Counted from the first letter of the whole stretch, positions 46,440-57,151 are shown. The stretch is 60,249 nucleotides of DNA, filler included, from 7 parts of 7 records of this genome joined end to end with filler, not necessarily neighbours in it, one strand, 5' to 3'. Program-made: numbers and translations. The notes: generated from the sequence alone by a model not told the origin.

Positions 46440-48179
46440 TTAAATTTTATATTTTTTAAGCTTTCTGATAACCGACGGTTGACTAATCCCAAGACCTTTT
46501 GCCATCTCTCGTGTCGTACGGTAGCGCCCCTTGGCTCTCAATAAAACCTGAACCTCCACCTCCTCAAGTCGTCGCTTAAGACCAAGGTCATCTTCGTCGA
46601 CAAACTCAAGCCTTCTCTGCCCCAAGAGTGACTTATCCTCCATGATACTGATCTGAACAAATTCATCTATCCGACTCGTTTCGCTCATCACTATCGCATT
46701 TTCAATTATAGACTTAAGCTCTCTTATATTTCCCGGAAACGAATATTTAACCAAGGAGCGCATTGCTGCTGGACTTATAGTTTTACTACATTTGTATTTA
46801 TGATTAAATTCGTGAAGGTAAAAACGTACCAGCCCTGAAATATCCCCCCTCCTCTCTTTCAAAGGAGGAAGCTCAAGAATAAAACTATTCAGTCGATAGT
46901 AAAGGTCTTCCCTGAACAGCTTTTTTCGCACTTGTTCGCTAAGATTTTGATTCGTTGCCGCTATAGTCGAACATCTCACTTTTATCGACTCAGTCCCCCC
47001 CACCCTTCGTATCTCCTGATCATCAAGATATTTCAGAAGTTTAGATTGTAGCAGGGTCGGCATGTCTCCAATTTCATCTAAAAAAAGCGTCCCCCCTTGA
47101 GCCAACTCAAACAGACCAATCTTCCCCCTGTCACTCGCTCCAGTAAAAGCCCCTTTTTCGTAGCCAAAAAGTTCCGCTTCCAACAGGTGCTCAGGCAGGG
47201 CTGCACAGTTAATCTCGACAAACGGATTTTTTCTCCTTTGACTATTCTTGTGAATAAACTTTGCCAACAAACCCTTGCCAGTACCAGACTCCCCTAATAT
47301 AAGAATATTAGAAGCGCCGATGTGTGAGAGCTTGAGAGACATCTGCACCACGTTTCGCATCTTACGGCTTTCAGCGATAATAGAGTTGCGCTCGAGATCC
47401 TTCAACGTCAACCCAGACAACTCTTCCTGATATTTCTCTTTTGCTTTTTGACTTTGCTCAAATTGCCGACGAACCGTATTCAGCTCTGTCATATCCCGCT
47501 CATTGACAACAATGAGAGCAATATTCCCTTGCTCATCAAGCGACGGTGTCCCTGTCGAAAGAAGAAACTTTTTGGTTTTAGTAATATACTGCATAACTGT
47601 TTCCTGCTTTTTACTCCTGAGCACCTTAGCCGTCACCGACTTGTCAAAAATACCATGCTCCAGAAGATCTATCACATTATGACCAATAACAGCAGACGAC
47701 TTGATACCGTTGAGCTGCTCAGACGCTGCATTTATGCTTATAACCTCACCCTTACCGTCACAAACCCAAATACCATCAGAAGAGGAATGGAATATCGTCT
47801 CAAGCTGACGCACAAGCCTTTGATAACTACGTGATTTTTTAGCTGAGACCTCAAAAACACTTAACTCTTGGAAAGTACACACGACCCCCAGCAGAACACC
47901 TTCCTTTTCAACCGGAGCGACATTAAGTACCAGTTCGGTTTTCTTACCAAGAATCTGATGACCCAATATAGGCTTGCGAACCCGAAGACACTCCTGCACC
48001 TGACCCCATGTAAGCGGAAGAATACCGACAATGCTTTCTCCTACATGGACGCGGTGATCCAGCTTCAGTATAGCCTCTGCCTTGCTATTGATATGACTAA
48101 TCACACCCTTAGCATCAGTAACAAGCACCCCATTACTGGTAAACTGAAAAACATCCTCAAAAGTAATACATTTATCCAT
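46440..48179 (-). CDS. PAS-PAS sigma54-dependent activator (RocR/GabR-like, TyrR-type HTH)
   Basis: Two PAS-like repeats, GESGTGKG, GAFTGA, TTREMAKGLGISQPSVIRKL. Confidence 0.9.
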   Translation of the reverse strand: MDKCITFEDVFQFTSNGVLVTDAKGVISHINSKAEAILKLDHRVHVGESIVGILPLTWGQVQECLRVRKPILGHQILGKKTELVLNVAPVEKEGVLLGVVCTFQELSVFEVSAKKSRSYQRLVRQLETIFHSSSDGIWVCDGKGEVISINAASEQLNGIKSSAVIGHNVIDLLEHGIFDKSVTAKVLRSKKQETVMQYITKTKKFLLSTGTPSLDEQGNIALIVVNERDMTELNTVRRQFEQSQKAKEKYQEELSGLTLKDLERNSIIAESRKMRNVVQMSLKLSHIGASNILILGESGTGKGLLAKFIHKNSQRRKNPFVEINCAALPEHLLEAELFGYEKGAFTGASDRGKIGLFELAQGGTLFLDEIGDMPTLLQSKLLKYLDDQEIRRVGGTESIKVRCSTIAATNQNLSEQVRKKLFREDLYYRLNSFILELPPLKERRGDISGLVRFYLHEFNHKYKCSKTISPAAMRSLVKYSFPGNIRELKSIIENAIVMSETSRIDEFVQISIMEDKSLLGQRRLEFVDEDDLGLKRRLEEVEVQVLLRAKGRYRTTREMAKGLGISQPSVIRKLKKYKI

Positions 48180-48761
48180 GGCCGATACTTGTGGTTTCAA
48201 AATGCAAAAAAGTTACCAGGACACACCTCACCCAACAAACAGCCCCGAACCTACGGAGATTGCCCCCTGACGCGACACAGAAGGTAGCATGTCTAAAAAA
48301 TATAAAATGTCTTTTTTCCTAGATTCGCCCTAAAGGGCAACTGCTTCACATTCACGACAATTGGCTATTTCAGACTTAACACGAAGGGCACTGTAGACAA
48401 AACGCAAGAAACAAGAGCGCAACTTCTGTCAGTCACGACCCTCAGCACCCCACGTACAAATTAGAGAGCGAAGATCTACTGTCTGCATCTAATCTACATC
48501 GAACAAACAATGCATGCCACCCCCCTCTCACAGAACCCCACAGCCATGGCCAACACATCCGGTGCCAAACCACCCGCTCAACGAATAACAGAAAATTCGA
48601 AAGCCTCCAGTAAGCCCATAATACAGACACACAGCTCACACCACTTCAAGGACGCAGACTTACAACACCTGCATGGGTAATAATAGAATAGTCCGCCTCC
48701 ATACTGCTGTTAACAAGCCCCATACTATCCATAGTTTTGAGCAATTTCTTGACTATGAATA

Positions 48762-48812
48762 GGTAAGCGTAGACTCTGGGTAAGCGTAGACTCCTGGTAG
48801 GCGCAGACTCCG
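48762..48812. repeat. 3 x 17-bp tandem direct repeat
   Basis: GGTAAGCGTAGACTCTG / GGTAAGCGTAGACTCCT / GGTAGGCGCAGACTCCG. Confidence 0.8.
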
Positions 48813-48975
48813 ATAATTAAGTAGATCCATAGCAATATTCTGAAGAAAATGGTGCCGGATGGACTGACGTTGGTGGACATTGTGTACATTTGTATTTCAC
48901 TGTGTCTGCGTCTCGCATAAAAAAATGTATGCAATGTAACAAATTAGCACAATGTTCGTGGGAGATGCGGGCTGA

Positions 48976-49581
48976 TCATACAGATGTAAGAAGCCCTGAA
49001 AGGGTTGCGGCACAATAGACGAGGAGTGCGGCCAAAATGGAATTAAATAATTTCCTCACATGCGCCATATGAAGATATCGTCCTATCCAGGAACCACCAA
49101 ACGCCCAGAGTGAGACGGAATAAAACGTGACAACCGCCAAAGCAATGGCGGATGCGCTAAGGAGAAAGGGCGCATTATTAATCGAGGATAGAAACGTCGT
49201 GTAAATTGTAAGGCCAAAAATAATCGCTTTAGGGTTAAGTGCCTGCAAAAAAAAACCATGTTTAAAGAGCATCGGCGACTTCTTCTCTGAGGTAAAAGTA
49301 TAACTCGCACGTGCCACGCCTACAGCTAACCACAGGATGTAACACGCACCCACTAAACGAAGAACTGGCTCAACAGTGGGAATGAGCTGTAACAGTGTGC
49401 TGGAGAGAGATGCACACAGCACCATTATCAGAAGGTAGCCAGCCACGATTCCGGACAAAAATTGGAATGTCCCTCTATACCCATAATTCATACCCATAGC
49501 AGCACTTGTTATATTTCCAGGCCCGGGGGTAAAAGTTGTCACCACGACAAACACAGCTAATGGTAGAAATTCAATAGTCAT
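48976..49581 (-). CDS. LysE/RhtB-family exporter (EamB-like)
   Basis: TPGPGNI, GACYILWLA, LQALNPKA. Confidence 0.9.
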   Translation of the reverse strand: MTIEFLPLAVFVVVTTFTPGPGNITSAAMGMNYGYRGTFQFLSGIVAGYLLIMVLCASLSSTLLQLIPTVEPVLRLVGACYILWLAVGVARASYTFTSEKKSPMLFKHGFFLQALNPKAIIFGLTIYTTFLSSINNAPFLLSASAIALAVVTFYSVSLWAFGGSWIGRYLHMAHVRKLFNSILAALLVYCAATLSGLLTSV

Positions 49582-49989
49582 TGAAAGCTCTATCCTTTTA
49601 TATACCAGCAGAATATCACTCTAAAATAATCACAACCGGGGCAATCGGTACCTGATGTTCTTTCCACTACCTCAATTGCCCCATAGACAGGGAGAGGATT
49701 ATTGCAATAACGATCCAAAAGACTGCTTTAGCAGTACTTCGCCTGTTGCCTGCCTCACCTTCTATTGCGCTAGTGTACCTGCAAGCTGCATTATCCGTTG
49801 TATCTTCAGGCATCACTAAAAAAATGAGCTCTTTGATACACTTGCTCAGCAAAGCAGGCACGGAAGAAAAGACATGAAGATCGAACAAATACCACGACCC
49901 TGAATATTGTTTTGACTGAAGCATACACACCTCCTGTTCACATGAATCGGTTTCGCCATGTTGCAAATATAGAGGGATCCGGCTATTAA

Positions 49990-50001
49990 GTATAATTATA
50001 C
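49990..50001. promoter_or_regulatory. Palindrome in the LysR/LysE divergent region, candidate operator
   Basis: Perfect GTATAATTATAC ending 28 nt before the LysR ATG. Confidence 0.4.
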
Positions 50002-50029
50002 ATTTTAAACCTTAGATAAACTTATACTT

Positions 50030-50968
50030 ATGCTTCAAAATCTGGATCGACTCAAGGTCTTTTACCACGTGTTCACCCAAAGCAGCATTGTCGCTGCCGC
50101 AAGTACCCTGCACGTTAGCCAATCGGCCGTGAGCCAAGCTATTCAAAAGCTTGAAAGCGAAATGAAAAGCCCTTTGTTCATCCGTCTGCACAAACAGTTA
50201 GTCCCAACAGCAGCAGGTGAACACCTCTATAGTATTGTCCAACCATTCATGGCAGACCTGGATATTTACCTTAAATCTCTTGAGCAGGCTAAAGATCATC
50301 CTGTCGGGGAACTGCGTATTGGAGCCCCCCGGGAACTCGGGAAAGCCTATCTTCCATCAATTGTGGCGGATTTTAGAAAGCAATATAAGGCCGTCACCTT
50401 TACCCTCAAATTTGGAGGACCTGAAACATTATTGCCTTTATTAAAGAAAGGGCGTGTTGATTTTGCTTTAGTGGATGTGTTTCTCACCCAAAACACACAT
50501 ATTGGGAACCTGGATATGTACCATTTTTATCCAGTTGTTGAGGAAGAAGTAATACTTGCCTGTTCCAAACAATATTATCAGAAACACATAAAAGATGATC
50601 TTTCCTTCACCTCGTTGTCAAAACAAAATTTTATCAGTTACAGAAAGGATTTGCAGACTATTAAACATTGGTTCAAGCATCACTTCTCAAGACCAAATGC
50701 AGCTATTCGAGACGTGCTGACGGTTGACAGTCACCAAACTGTTATTGCTGCGATCAAACACCATATTGGCATGGGAATCGTCTCCTCCAACCTTGTTAAA
50801 GAAGAGCTTCGCAGTGCCGAGATTGTTCACATACAAACCTCCACTCCAGATATCATAAACCCCATATCTCTCGCGTATTTGCAGGATAAAATTCCAACCT
50901 TTACAGAAAAATTTTTTGAAAAATTCCTTGTAGAAAAAATTAAACGCAGGAATTTCCAAGCACGGTAA
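50030..50968 (+). CDS. LysR-family transcriptional regulator
   Basis: SIVAAASTLHVSQSAVSQAIQKLE..LFIR..PTAAGE. Confidence 0.93.
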   Translation: MLQNLDRLKVFYHVFTQSSIVAAASTLHVSQSAVSQAIQKLESEMKSPLFIRLHKQLVPTAAGEHLYSIVQPFMADLDIYLKSLEQAKDHPVGELRIGAPRELGKAYLPSIVADFRKQYKAVTFTLKFGGPETLLPLLKKGRVDFALVDVFLTQNTHIGNLDMYHFYPVVEEEVILACSKQYYQKHIKDDLSFTSLSKQNFISYRKDLQTIKHWFKHHFSRPNAAIRDVLTVDSHQTVIAAIKHHIGMGIVSSNLVKEELRSAEIVHIQTSTPDIINPISLAYLQDKIPTFTEKFFEKFLVEKIKRRNFQAR

Positions 50969-51101
50969 AAGGTCATTTTGCCCCAGGTAATTTAATCGAT
51001 CTTTTAAGCGCCTAATCAACAACCGCTGTATTCGCCACAGCTATCATCCTGGGGTAAATTAGAGACAGCACTGCCCTCAAATAATTCCTGTGCAGACTGT
51101 A

Positions 51102-53078
51102 TTATTCAACGAGCGACCGCTTGATTGGCAAGTCGATCTGAAAAACGGTGCCTTGCCCTTCGCTGGAAAAAACTGCGATTGAGCCGCCGTGGGCCCGCAC
51201 AACCCCGTAGGAGACTGAAAGTCCCAGGCCGGTTCCGCTACTTTTGGTGGTAAAAAAGGGATTGAAGATTTTGCCCTGCATTGCTTCACTCATACCAGGA
51301 CCGCTATCCGCGACCTGAACCCGCACCCAGTTGCCCTCAACACTCCCGGACAGACTCACCTCGCCAGTCCCTGCCATCGCCTGGGCCGCATTGAGCAAGA
51401 TATTGGTGAACACCTGCCGCAATCGCTCGCGATCCCCTTCGACGGGGGGGAGGTCTGGGACAAAGATTTTCTTAACCTCAACTCCGGCCATCGGCGCATG
51501 ATGGCGGAGCTGGTCAAGTATCTCGTCCAACAGGGCAGGTATCTGCACTGGTTCCTGATTGATATTCTGCTCCTTGGATGAGCTGAGGAGGTTCCGCGTG
51601 ATCAACGATATACGCTCAACCTGCTTCATGATCTCAGTGAGTTCCTCGTGCTCGCTGGCGTCAGGCGCCAAGCTCATCTGCAGGATTTCAACGTTCCCGC
51701 GAATAATCGCGGCCGGGTTATTGATCTCGTGGGCCACCCCTGATGCCAGAGAGCCGATCGCTGCCAATTTTTCATGATGCAGTAGTTGTTCCTGTGTTTG
51801 AATCAGCTGCAGGCTTTTCTCTTCCAACTGCGAGGTCCGCCTGACGACTTTTTGCTCCAACTGACGGTTGAGCTCCTGCAGTTCCAGATCACTTATTCGT
51901 AGGGCGTTTGTCATGTCGGCAAAGGCCGTGGTGAGGTGTCCAATCTCATCATGACCGGCAACCGGTAAAGACACATCCAGTTTTCCACCTGCGATTTTTT
52001 CAGCGGAACCAGCCAACGCAAGGACCGGCCGGGATAAACGCCGGGCAAACCAGCCTGCCAGCAAACCGCCGAACAGGCAACCCAAGATCAACAACCCGGT
52101 GAGGATCAAAAATGCTCGTTTTTTCACCGCGACCAGTGGTTTTTCCAGCATGCCGACATAAAGCGCGCCAATCGCTTCCCCTTTGCCGGTAATGATAGGT
52201 TCGTAGGCGGTCAGGTACCACTCATTGACCACTAATGCCCTATCGAGCCAGGTTTCTCCTCGCTCCAGGACGGCCTCGGCCACCTGGTGCGAAACCAAGG
52301 TGCCCAGGGCGCGTTGACCATTTTTTAAGCGAACCGTGGTCGCAACCCGTAGCGATTCGAGGAAAATAGTTGCGCTGCCGACGGCAACTCCGTCAAACTC
52401 ATCCTGGCCGTAAACCAATTCGTTGATCCGATCAACCAAGGCCAAATTATTGTTGAGCATCACCCCGCCGTAGAGACAGCCAATCGGCTGCCATGACTGA
52501 TCGAGCAGCGGGACAGCCGCAACCAAAAACATTCCGCGCCGCTCCAGCGGCTTATCCTCGACATTAGGGCCGTAAATCCTGGCGCGCAGAGCTAGCTCCT
52601 GACTTTCGCGGTTCAAATCTGTCTCACCCATGAGCACCGTCCCCTGGAAGGGTCCGTCGGCCAATGCTTTGAGGACAAAATCGGCTGCGCTTGTCAACTT
52701 CTCGCCATCGCCCTGCAGCAGCATCTTCCCTTGAGTATCAGTAATACTGAGGATATCGAGCCCTTCCTGCTGTCGCGTTTCGGCCAACAATTTCCCAAGC
52801 GACTCACGGTCAGCGACTTGAAGGGCACCAACCAATGGCAGCGACCGGGCAGTAAAGCGTACCACTTCATACAACCGCTGCTGTTCGCGCTCCAGGACTG
52901 TCCGTGCGGCATTCAGGTCGTTACGAATCTGCTTTTGTGTCTGATCGACGATTGAAGCATTGATGAGAAAAGAAGCGGCAAGTGCAACCAGTACCAGAAT
53001 CAAAACCAACGGCGTCACAATTGCCAGAGTCAGTTTGCCTCGAATCGAGTAGAAGCCAGAAGAGAAAAGACTGGTCAT
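51102..53078 (-). CDS. Cache-domain/HAMP sensor histidine kinase
   Basis: ATIFLESLRVATTV..GQRALGT, YLTAYEPI, HAMP, AHEINNP, GTGLGL. Confidence 0.92.
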   Translation of the reverse strand: MTSLFSSGFYSIRGKLTLAIVTPLVLILVLVALAASFLINASIVDQTQKQIRNDLNAARTVLEREQQRLYEVVRFTARSLPLVGALQVADRESLGKLLAETRQQEGLDILSITDTQGKMLLQGDGEKLTSAADFVLKALADGPFQGTVLMGETDLNRESQELALRARIYGPNVEDKPLERRGMFLVAAVPLLDQSWQPIGCLYGGVMLNNNLALVDRINELVYGQDEFDGVAVGSATIFLESLRVATTVRLKNGQRALGTLVSHQVAEAVLERGETWLDRALVVNEWYLTAYEPIITGKGEAIGALYVGMLEKPLVAVKKRAFLILTGLLILGCLFGGLLAGWFARRLSRPVLALAGSAEKIAGGKLDVSLPVAGHDEIGHLTTAFADMTNALRISDLELQELNRQLEQKVVRRTSQLEEKSLQLIQTQEQLLHHEKLAAIGSLASGVAHEINNPAAIIRGNVEILQMSLAPDASEHEELTEIMKQVERISLITRNLLSSSKEQNINQEPVQIPALLDEILDQLRHHAPMAGVEVKKIFVPDLPPVEGDRERLRQVFTNILLNAAQAMAGTGEVSLSGSVEGNWVRVQVADSGPGMSEAMQGKIFNPFFTTKSSGTGLGLSVSYGVVRAHGGSIAVFSSEGQGTVFQIDLPIKRSLVE

Positions 53079-54442
53079 GAGTCTAGCAACTCGTTTTGGT
53101 TGAGTTCGAATTCTTTGATTTTCCGATCAAGAGTTCTGCGTGTCACACCAAGCAGCTCCGCTGTTCTGCTTTTATTCCATTTGGTTTCCCGGAGCGCGCG
53201 AATCACCTGCATACGTTCTGTTTCGCGTAAGTTGAGAGGTAAAACCTGTCCCTCCGCCGCCTGTAACGCCTGATTTGCAAACGGCAAGTGAGAGAGTTTG
53301 ATCACTTTATCGCGCGCGATAATGCTGCACCGCTCCATAACGTTTTCCAGTTCTCGAACATTGCCAGGCCAGTGATAGTTGTTCAGCGCATCCAATGCCT
53401 CCCCATCAATACCGGTTACTACACGACGAGTCTTTTGAGCGATTTTCTGCAGAAAGTACTCGGCCAAAGGCTCGATGTCTCCGTCGCGATCGCGCAGTGG
53501 TGGCAGCTCAATAGGAAAAACATTGAGGCGATAGTAGAGATCTTCGCGGAACTCTCTGGCAGCAACCTCCTTCTGTAAATCTTTGTTGGTAGCTGCCACG
53601 AAACGGACATCGACCCTCTTGATTTTGGTCGATCCAACCGGGATAAACTCTCCTCCCTGCAGCACACGAAGCAGCTTGGCCTGCAGAGCCGGGCTCAGTT
53701 CGCCGACCTCATCGAGGAACAGGGTTCCTCGATCAGCCTCCTCGAGCAACCCTTTTTGGGCCTGAACCGCACCGGTAAAAGCCCCCTTGACGTGCCCAAA
53801 CAGTTGGCTTTCGAGCAAAGTTTCGGACAAGGCCGCGCAATTCAGGGCCAAAAACCGGTTATTCTTACGCGGGCTGGCGTAATGGATGGCCGCGGCGACC
53901 AGCTCCTTGCCTGTACCGCTTTCTCCAAGCACCAGGACGCTCAAATCGCTGTCTGCAACTGTAAGCGCAAGGTCATAGGCCTGACGGAATTTCTCACTGC
54001 GAAATATCGGCTCTGCAGGAACTTTTTGCTCCTGCAGCTCTTTTTTCAATGAAGTATTTTCTTCACGAAGATGATGCTGTTCAAGGGTGTGCTTAACAAC
54101 GGCAAACAGTTTTTCCTTGGGAAAGGGTTTGGTCAGATAATCATAGGCTCCGACCTTCATCGCCTCGACTGCCGACTCTATAGTGCCATGCCCGGTCATA
54201 ATAATAATTGGTAGCTGTGGACGCTTTGCCTGCAATTGCTTAAGCACCTCAATACCATTCATTTGCGGCATCTTGACATCGAGCAGCAAGAGGTCAGCAT
54301 CCACATCAGGTTCCTTCAGGCTATCCAGCAGGACCAGTGGATTACCAAAGCTCTCGACCTGGTACCCCCAGTTATTCAGCATCTTGCTGAGATAACGAAG
54401 GATTCCCTCTTCATCGTCACAGATCATTATTTTTATGGTCAT
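53075..54442 (-). CDS. NtrC/AtoC-family sigma54 response regulator
   Basis: Receiver, [14 protein letters not shown], Fis HTH; overlaps the kinase start by 4 nt. Confidence 0.94.
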   Translation of the reverse strand: MTIKIMICDDEEGILRYLSKMLNNWGYQVESFGNPLVLLDSLKEPDVDADLLLLDVKMPQMNGIEVLKQLQAKRPQLPIIIMTGHGTIESAVEAMKVGAYDYLTKPFPKEKLFAVVKHTLEQHHLREENTSLKKELQEQKVPAEPIFRSEKFRQAYDLALTVADSDLSVLVLGESGTGKELVAAAIHYASPRKNNRFLALNCAALSETLLESQLFGHVKGAFTGAVQAQKGLLEEADRGTLFLDEVGELSPALQAKLLRVLQGGEFIPVGSTKIKRVDVRFVAATNKDLQKEVAAREFREDLYYRLNVFPIELPPLRDRDGDIEPLAEYFLQKIAQKTRRVVTGIDGEALDALNNYHWPGNVRELENVMERCSIIARDKVIKLSHLPFANQALQAAEGQVLPLNLRETERMQVIRALRETKWNKSRTAELLGVTRRTLDRKIKEFELNQNELLDS

Positions 54443-54483
54443 AACTTATCTATATGTAACGTCCCGAGTGATTATCTACCAAA

Positions 54484-54583
54484 NNNNNNNNNNNNNNNNN
54501 NNNNNNNNNNNNNNNNNNNNNNNNNNNTTAATTAATTAANNNNNNNNNNNNNNNNNNNNNNNNNNNNNNNNNNNNNNNNNNNN
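54484..54583. other. Artificial contig linker
   Basis: N44-TTAATTAATTAA-N44. Confidence 0.98.
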
Positions 54584-54702
54584 ATTGCATTTTATTAATT
54601 AACTAAGCTCCGCTACGGTTTGTCCTCATGAATTCAACAGTCCGGGACAGCCGCGCCTTTGCTCCGGCGGCTTCACCCGGCAACCAATAAGAAGGATCGA
54701 CC

Positions 54703-55530
54703 GTGTCCTCGACCGAACCATTTGCAACCTGTCCGCCGCGCCAAACCGTCGAGCTGCCGCATGGGCCGATCTCCTACCGCGAAACCGGCAGCGGGCCTGC
54801 CGTCGTCTTTCTGCACGGTCTGCTCGGCAATTCCCGAAGCTGGGTGAAACAGTTCGCGGCCTTCTCGGGTGCTCACCGGGTCATCGCCTGGGATGCCCCG
54901 GGTTTCGGCCTGTCGCAGACGATCGAACCGTCGGTGGATGAATTCGCCGAAACGTTGGGCGCCCTGTTGGATGCACTCGACTGTCCGGCCGTGACCATCG
55001 TCGGGCATTCCATGGGCGGTGTGGTAGCGGCGCGCCTGGCCGCCCGGCGCCCGGCCCTGGTGTCGGGTCTGGTCCTGTCCTGCTCGCACGCCGGGTACGG
55101 GGAACCGGTCGGCAGCCCGCCGTCGGCCCGTCTGCAGGGCCGCCTGCGCGAATTGGCGGAATTGGGTCCGGTCGAATATGGGAAAGTGCGGGCCGCCGGC
55201 ATGGTTGCTGCGTCCGCCTCGGCCGAGGTCTTGGAATTGGCCGCGGCGATCGCCGCCGAGGCCCGGCCCGAGGGCATGATCGCCTCGACCCGGATGCTGC
55301 AGCTGGCCGACAACCGGCCGATTCTGCCCGACCTGAAGATGCCGCTGATGGTGATCAACGGATCCCTCGACCCGGTCGTGCGCCCGGAACTGAAGACCGC
55401 GTTGCTGGCCCTCACGCCGGGGGCGCGGCATGTCGAGATTCCCGGCGTCGGCCATGCCCCCTACCTTGAGGACACCGAGACCTACAACGCCATCATTGGG
55501 GAATTTCTGGCCGCCCGGGCGGGGGCGTGA
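54703..55530 (+). CDS. Alpha/beta-fold hydrolase
   Basis: FLHG, DAPGFG, GHSMGG nucleophile elbow, GSLD, GVGH. Confidence 0.9.
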   Translation: MSSTEPFATCPPRQTVELPHGPISYRETGSGPAVVFLHGLLGNSRSWVKQFAAFSGAHRVIAWDAPGFGLSQTIEPSVDEFAETLGALLDALDCPAVTIVGHSMGGVVAARLAARRPALVSGLVLSCSHAGYGEPVGSPPSARLQGRLRELAELGPVEYGKVRAAGMVAASASAEVLELAAAIAAEARPEGMIASTRMLQLADNRPILPDLKMPLMVINGSLDPVVRPELKTALLALTPGARHVEIPGVGHAPYLEDTETYNAIIGEFLAARAGA

Positions 55531-55622
55531 AGGAGAAGAACCAATCGCGCCCCAACTGCTTCGGGGCCTGCGGAAAAACGGATGATTGATAAAAACAACG
55601 TCATGTATTGGAGGTTCACGAG

Positions 55623-56999
55623 ATGTTGGGTTTTCTAATCGGCTTGGCCGTCACGGCCGTCGTCGGCTATCTGATCGTCAAGAAGTACCAGCCCCACGCG
55701 GTTCTACTGATCGCCGGGCTTTTCCTTCTGGTCGCAACGGTGATCCTGTTCCCGGACACCTCGATCCTGTTCAAGAAGGCGAAGTCGACCGGCTGGGTCG
55801 GCTTTGACGTCTTCGCCTACGTCAAGGGATCCCTGGCCTATCGGGCAGCCGGTCTCGGCATGATCATCATGGCCGCCGGCGGTTTCGCCAAATACATGGA
55901 CCACATCGGCGCCACCGATGCCATGGTCGCGGTCTGCATCAAGCCGCTGAAGCTGCTGAAGGCGCCCTATCTGGTGCTGGCCCTCGGTTACGCGGTCGGC
56001 CAGGTCCTCAACATCTTCATTCCCAGCGCCGCCGGCCTCGCCATGCTGTTGCTGGTCACCTTCTATCCGACCCTGGTTAGGCTCGGCGTCAGCCGCGCCG
56101 CCGCCGCCGCCATGATCGGCACCACCGCGGTGCTCGACCTCGGCCCGGCTTCCGGCGCCTCCAACCTGGCGGCCAGGACCGCCGACCTTGATGTCGCCGT
56201 TTATTTCGCCAGCCATCAGGTTCCGGTCGCCATCTTCGCGATCCTGGCAATTTCGGTCCTGACCTATTTCACGGCCCGTTATTTCGACAAGCGCGACGGT
56301 CATGTCGTCACCATGGAAGACGGCCATGCCGAGGATGACGGAAACGGCGGCCTCAAGAAGGTGCCCGCCTTCTACGCCATCCTGCCGATGATCCCCCTGG
56401 CCCTGCTGCTGATCTTCAGCAAGCTGCTGATCAAGGACATCAAGATGGACGTGGTCACCGCCATGCTCATCGGCATGCTGCTCGGCATGCTCTGCGAGGC
56501 GATCCGCACCCGCGACATGCGCGCCGTGCTGAAGGGCATCATGGCCTTCTTCGACGGCATGGGTCACATGTTCGCCCGCATCGTTTCGCTGATCATCTGC
56601 GCCGAAACCTTCGCCGCCGGCCTCAAGACCATCGGCGCCGTCGGCTTCATGATCGCGACGGTTCAGGAGGCCGGCTTCGGCATCACCGTCATGACCCTGC
56701 TCATGTGCGGGATGGTTGCGGCGACCGCCATCATCACCGGTTCCGGCAACGCCGCCTTCTTCTCGTTCGGCAATCTGGTGCCCGATATCGCCACCAAATT
56801 CGGGGCGACGGCGGTCTCGATGCTGTTGCCGATGCAGTTGACGGCCGGTCTGGCCCGCTCGATGTCGCCGGTCGCCGGCGTCATCATCGCGGTCAGCGAC
56901 GCCGGCCAGTGTTCGCCCTTCGAAATCGTCCGGCGCACCGCGATCCCGGTCGCCGGCGGCCTGTTGGTCACCATCCTTTACAGCGTCATCTTCGTCTAG
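55623..56999 (+). CDS. dcuC: DcuC-family C4-dicarboxylate transporter
   Basis: GGAGG RBS; IMAAGGFAKYMDHIGA, LGPASG, GSGNAAFFSF, RSMSPVAG. Confidence 0.88.
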   Translation: MLGFLIGLAVTAVVGYLIVKKYQPHAVLLIAGLFLLVATVILFPDTSILFKKAKSTGWVGFDVFAYVKGSLAYRAAGLGMIIMAAGGFAKYMDHIGATDAMVAVCIKPLKLLKAPYLVLALGYAVGQVLNIFIPSAAGLAMLLLVTFYPTLVRLGVSRAAAAAMIGTTAVLDLGPASGASNLAARTADLDVAVYFASHQVPVAIFAILAISVLTYFTARYFDKRDGHVVTMEDGHAEDDGNGGLKKVPAFYAILPMIPLALLLIFSKLLIKDIKMDVVTAMLIGMLLGMLCEAIRTRDMRAVLKGIMAFFDGMGHMFARIVSLIICAETFAAGLKTIGAVGFMIATVQEAGFGITVMTLLMCGMVAATAIITGSGNAAFFSFGNLVPDIATKFGATAVSMLLPMQLTAGLARSMSPVAGVIIAVSDAGQCSPFEIVRRTAIPVAGGLLVTILYSVIFV

Positions 57000-57035
57000 A
57001 CGCTGCCAACCATAACCGTTCATCCCCCGTCCGAC

Positions 57036-57070
57036 GGCCGGGGCCCCTCGCGGGGCCCCGGTCTTTTTTT
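57036..57070 (+). terminator. Intrinsic terminator of dcuC
   Basis: GGCCGGGGCCCC-TCGC-GGGGCCCCGGTC-T7. Confidence 0.85.
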
Positions 57071-57088
57071 GGAAACCGGAAAATCGGC

Positions 57089-57124
57089 AAAAAAAGGGCC
57101 GGGCGGTGTCCAGCCGCCCGGCCT
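57089..57124 (-). terminator. Intrinsic terminator of asd
   Basis: 10-bp GGCCGGGCGG stem followed by T7 on the minus strand. Confidence 0.8.
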
Positions 57125-57151
57125 ATATTCCACCTCATTGTCCGGGAAGGC

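Noticed and set aside
48762-48812. CRISPR array interpretation of the 17-bp repeats
   Set aside because: The repeats are directly adjacent, with no spacers and no cas genes.
49667-49966. 99-aa ORF between lysE and lysR
   Set aside because: No recognisable domain or convincing RBS; it may be a fragment with a hydrophobic end but cannot be supported.
54455-54465. TGTAACGTCCC shared with 20941-20951, suggestive of an IS terminus
   Set aside because: An 11-mer match is expected by chance in 60 kb, the copies lie on different contigs, and no transposase is present.
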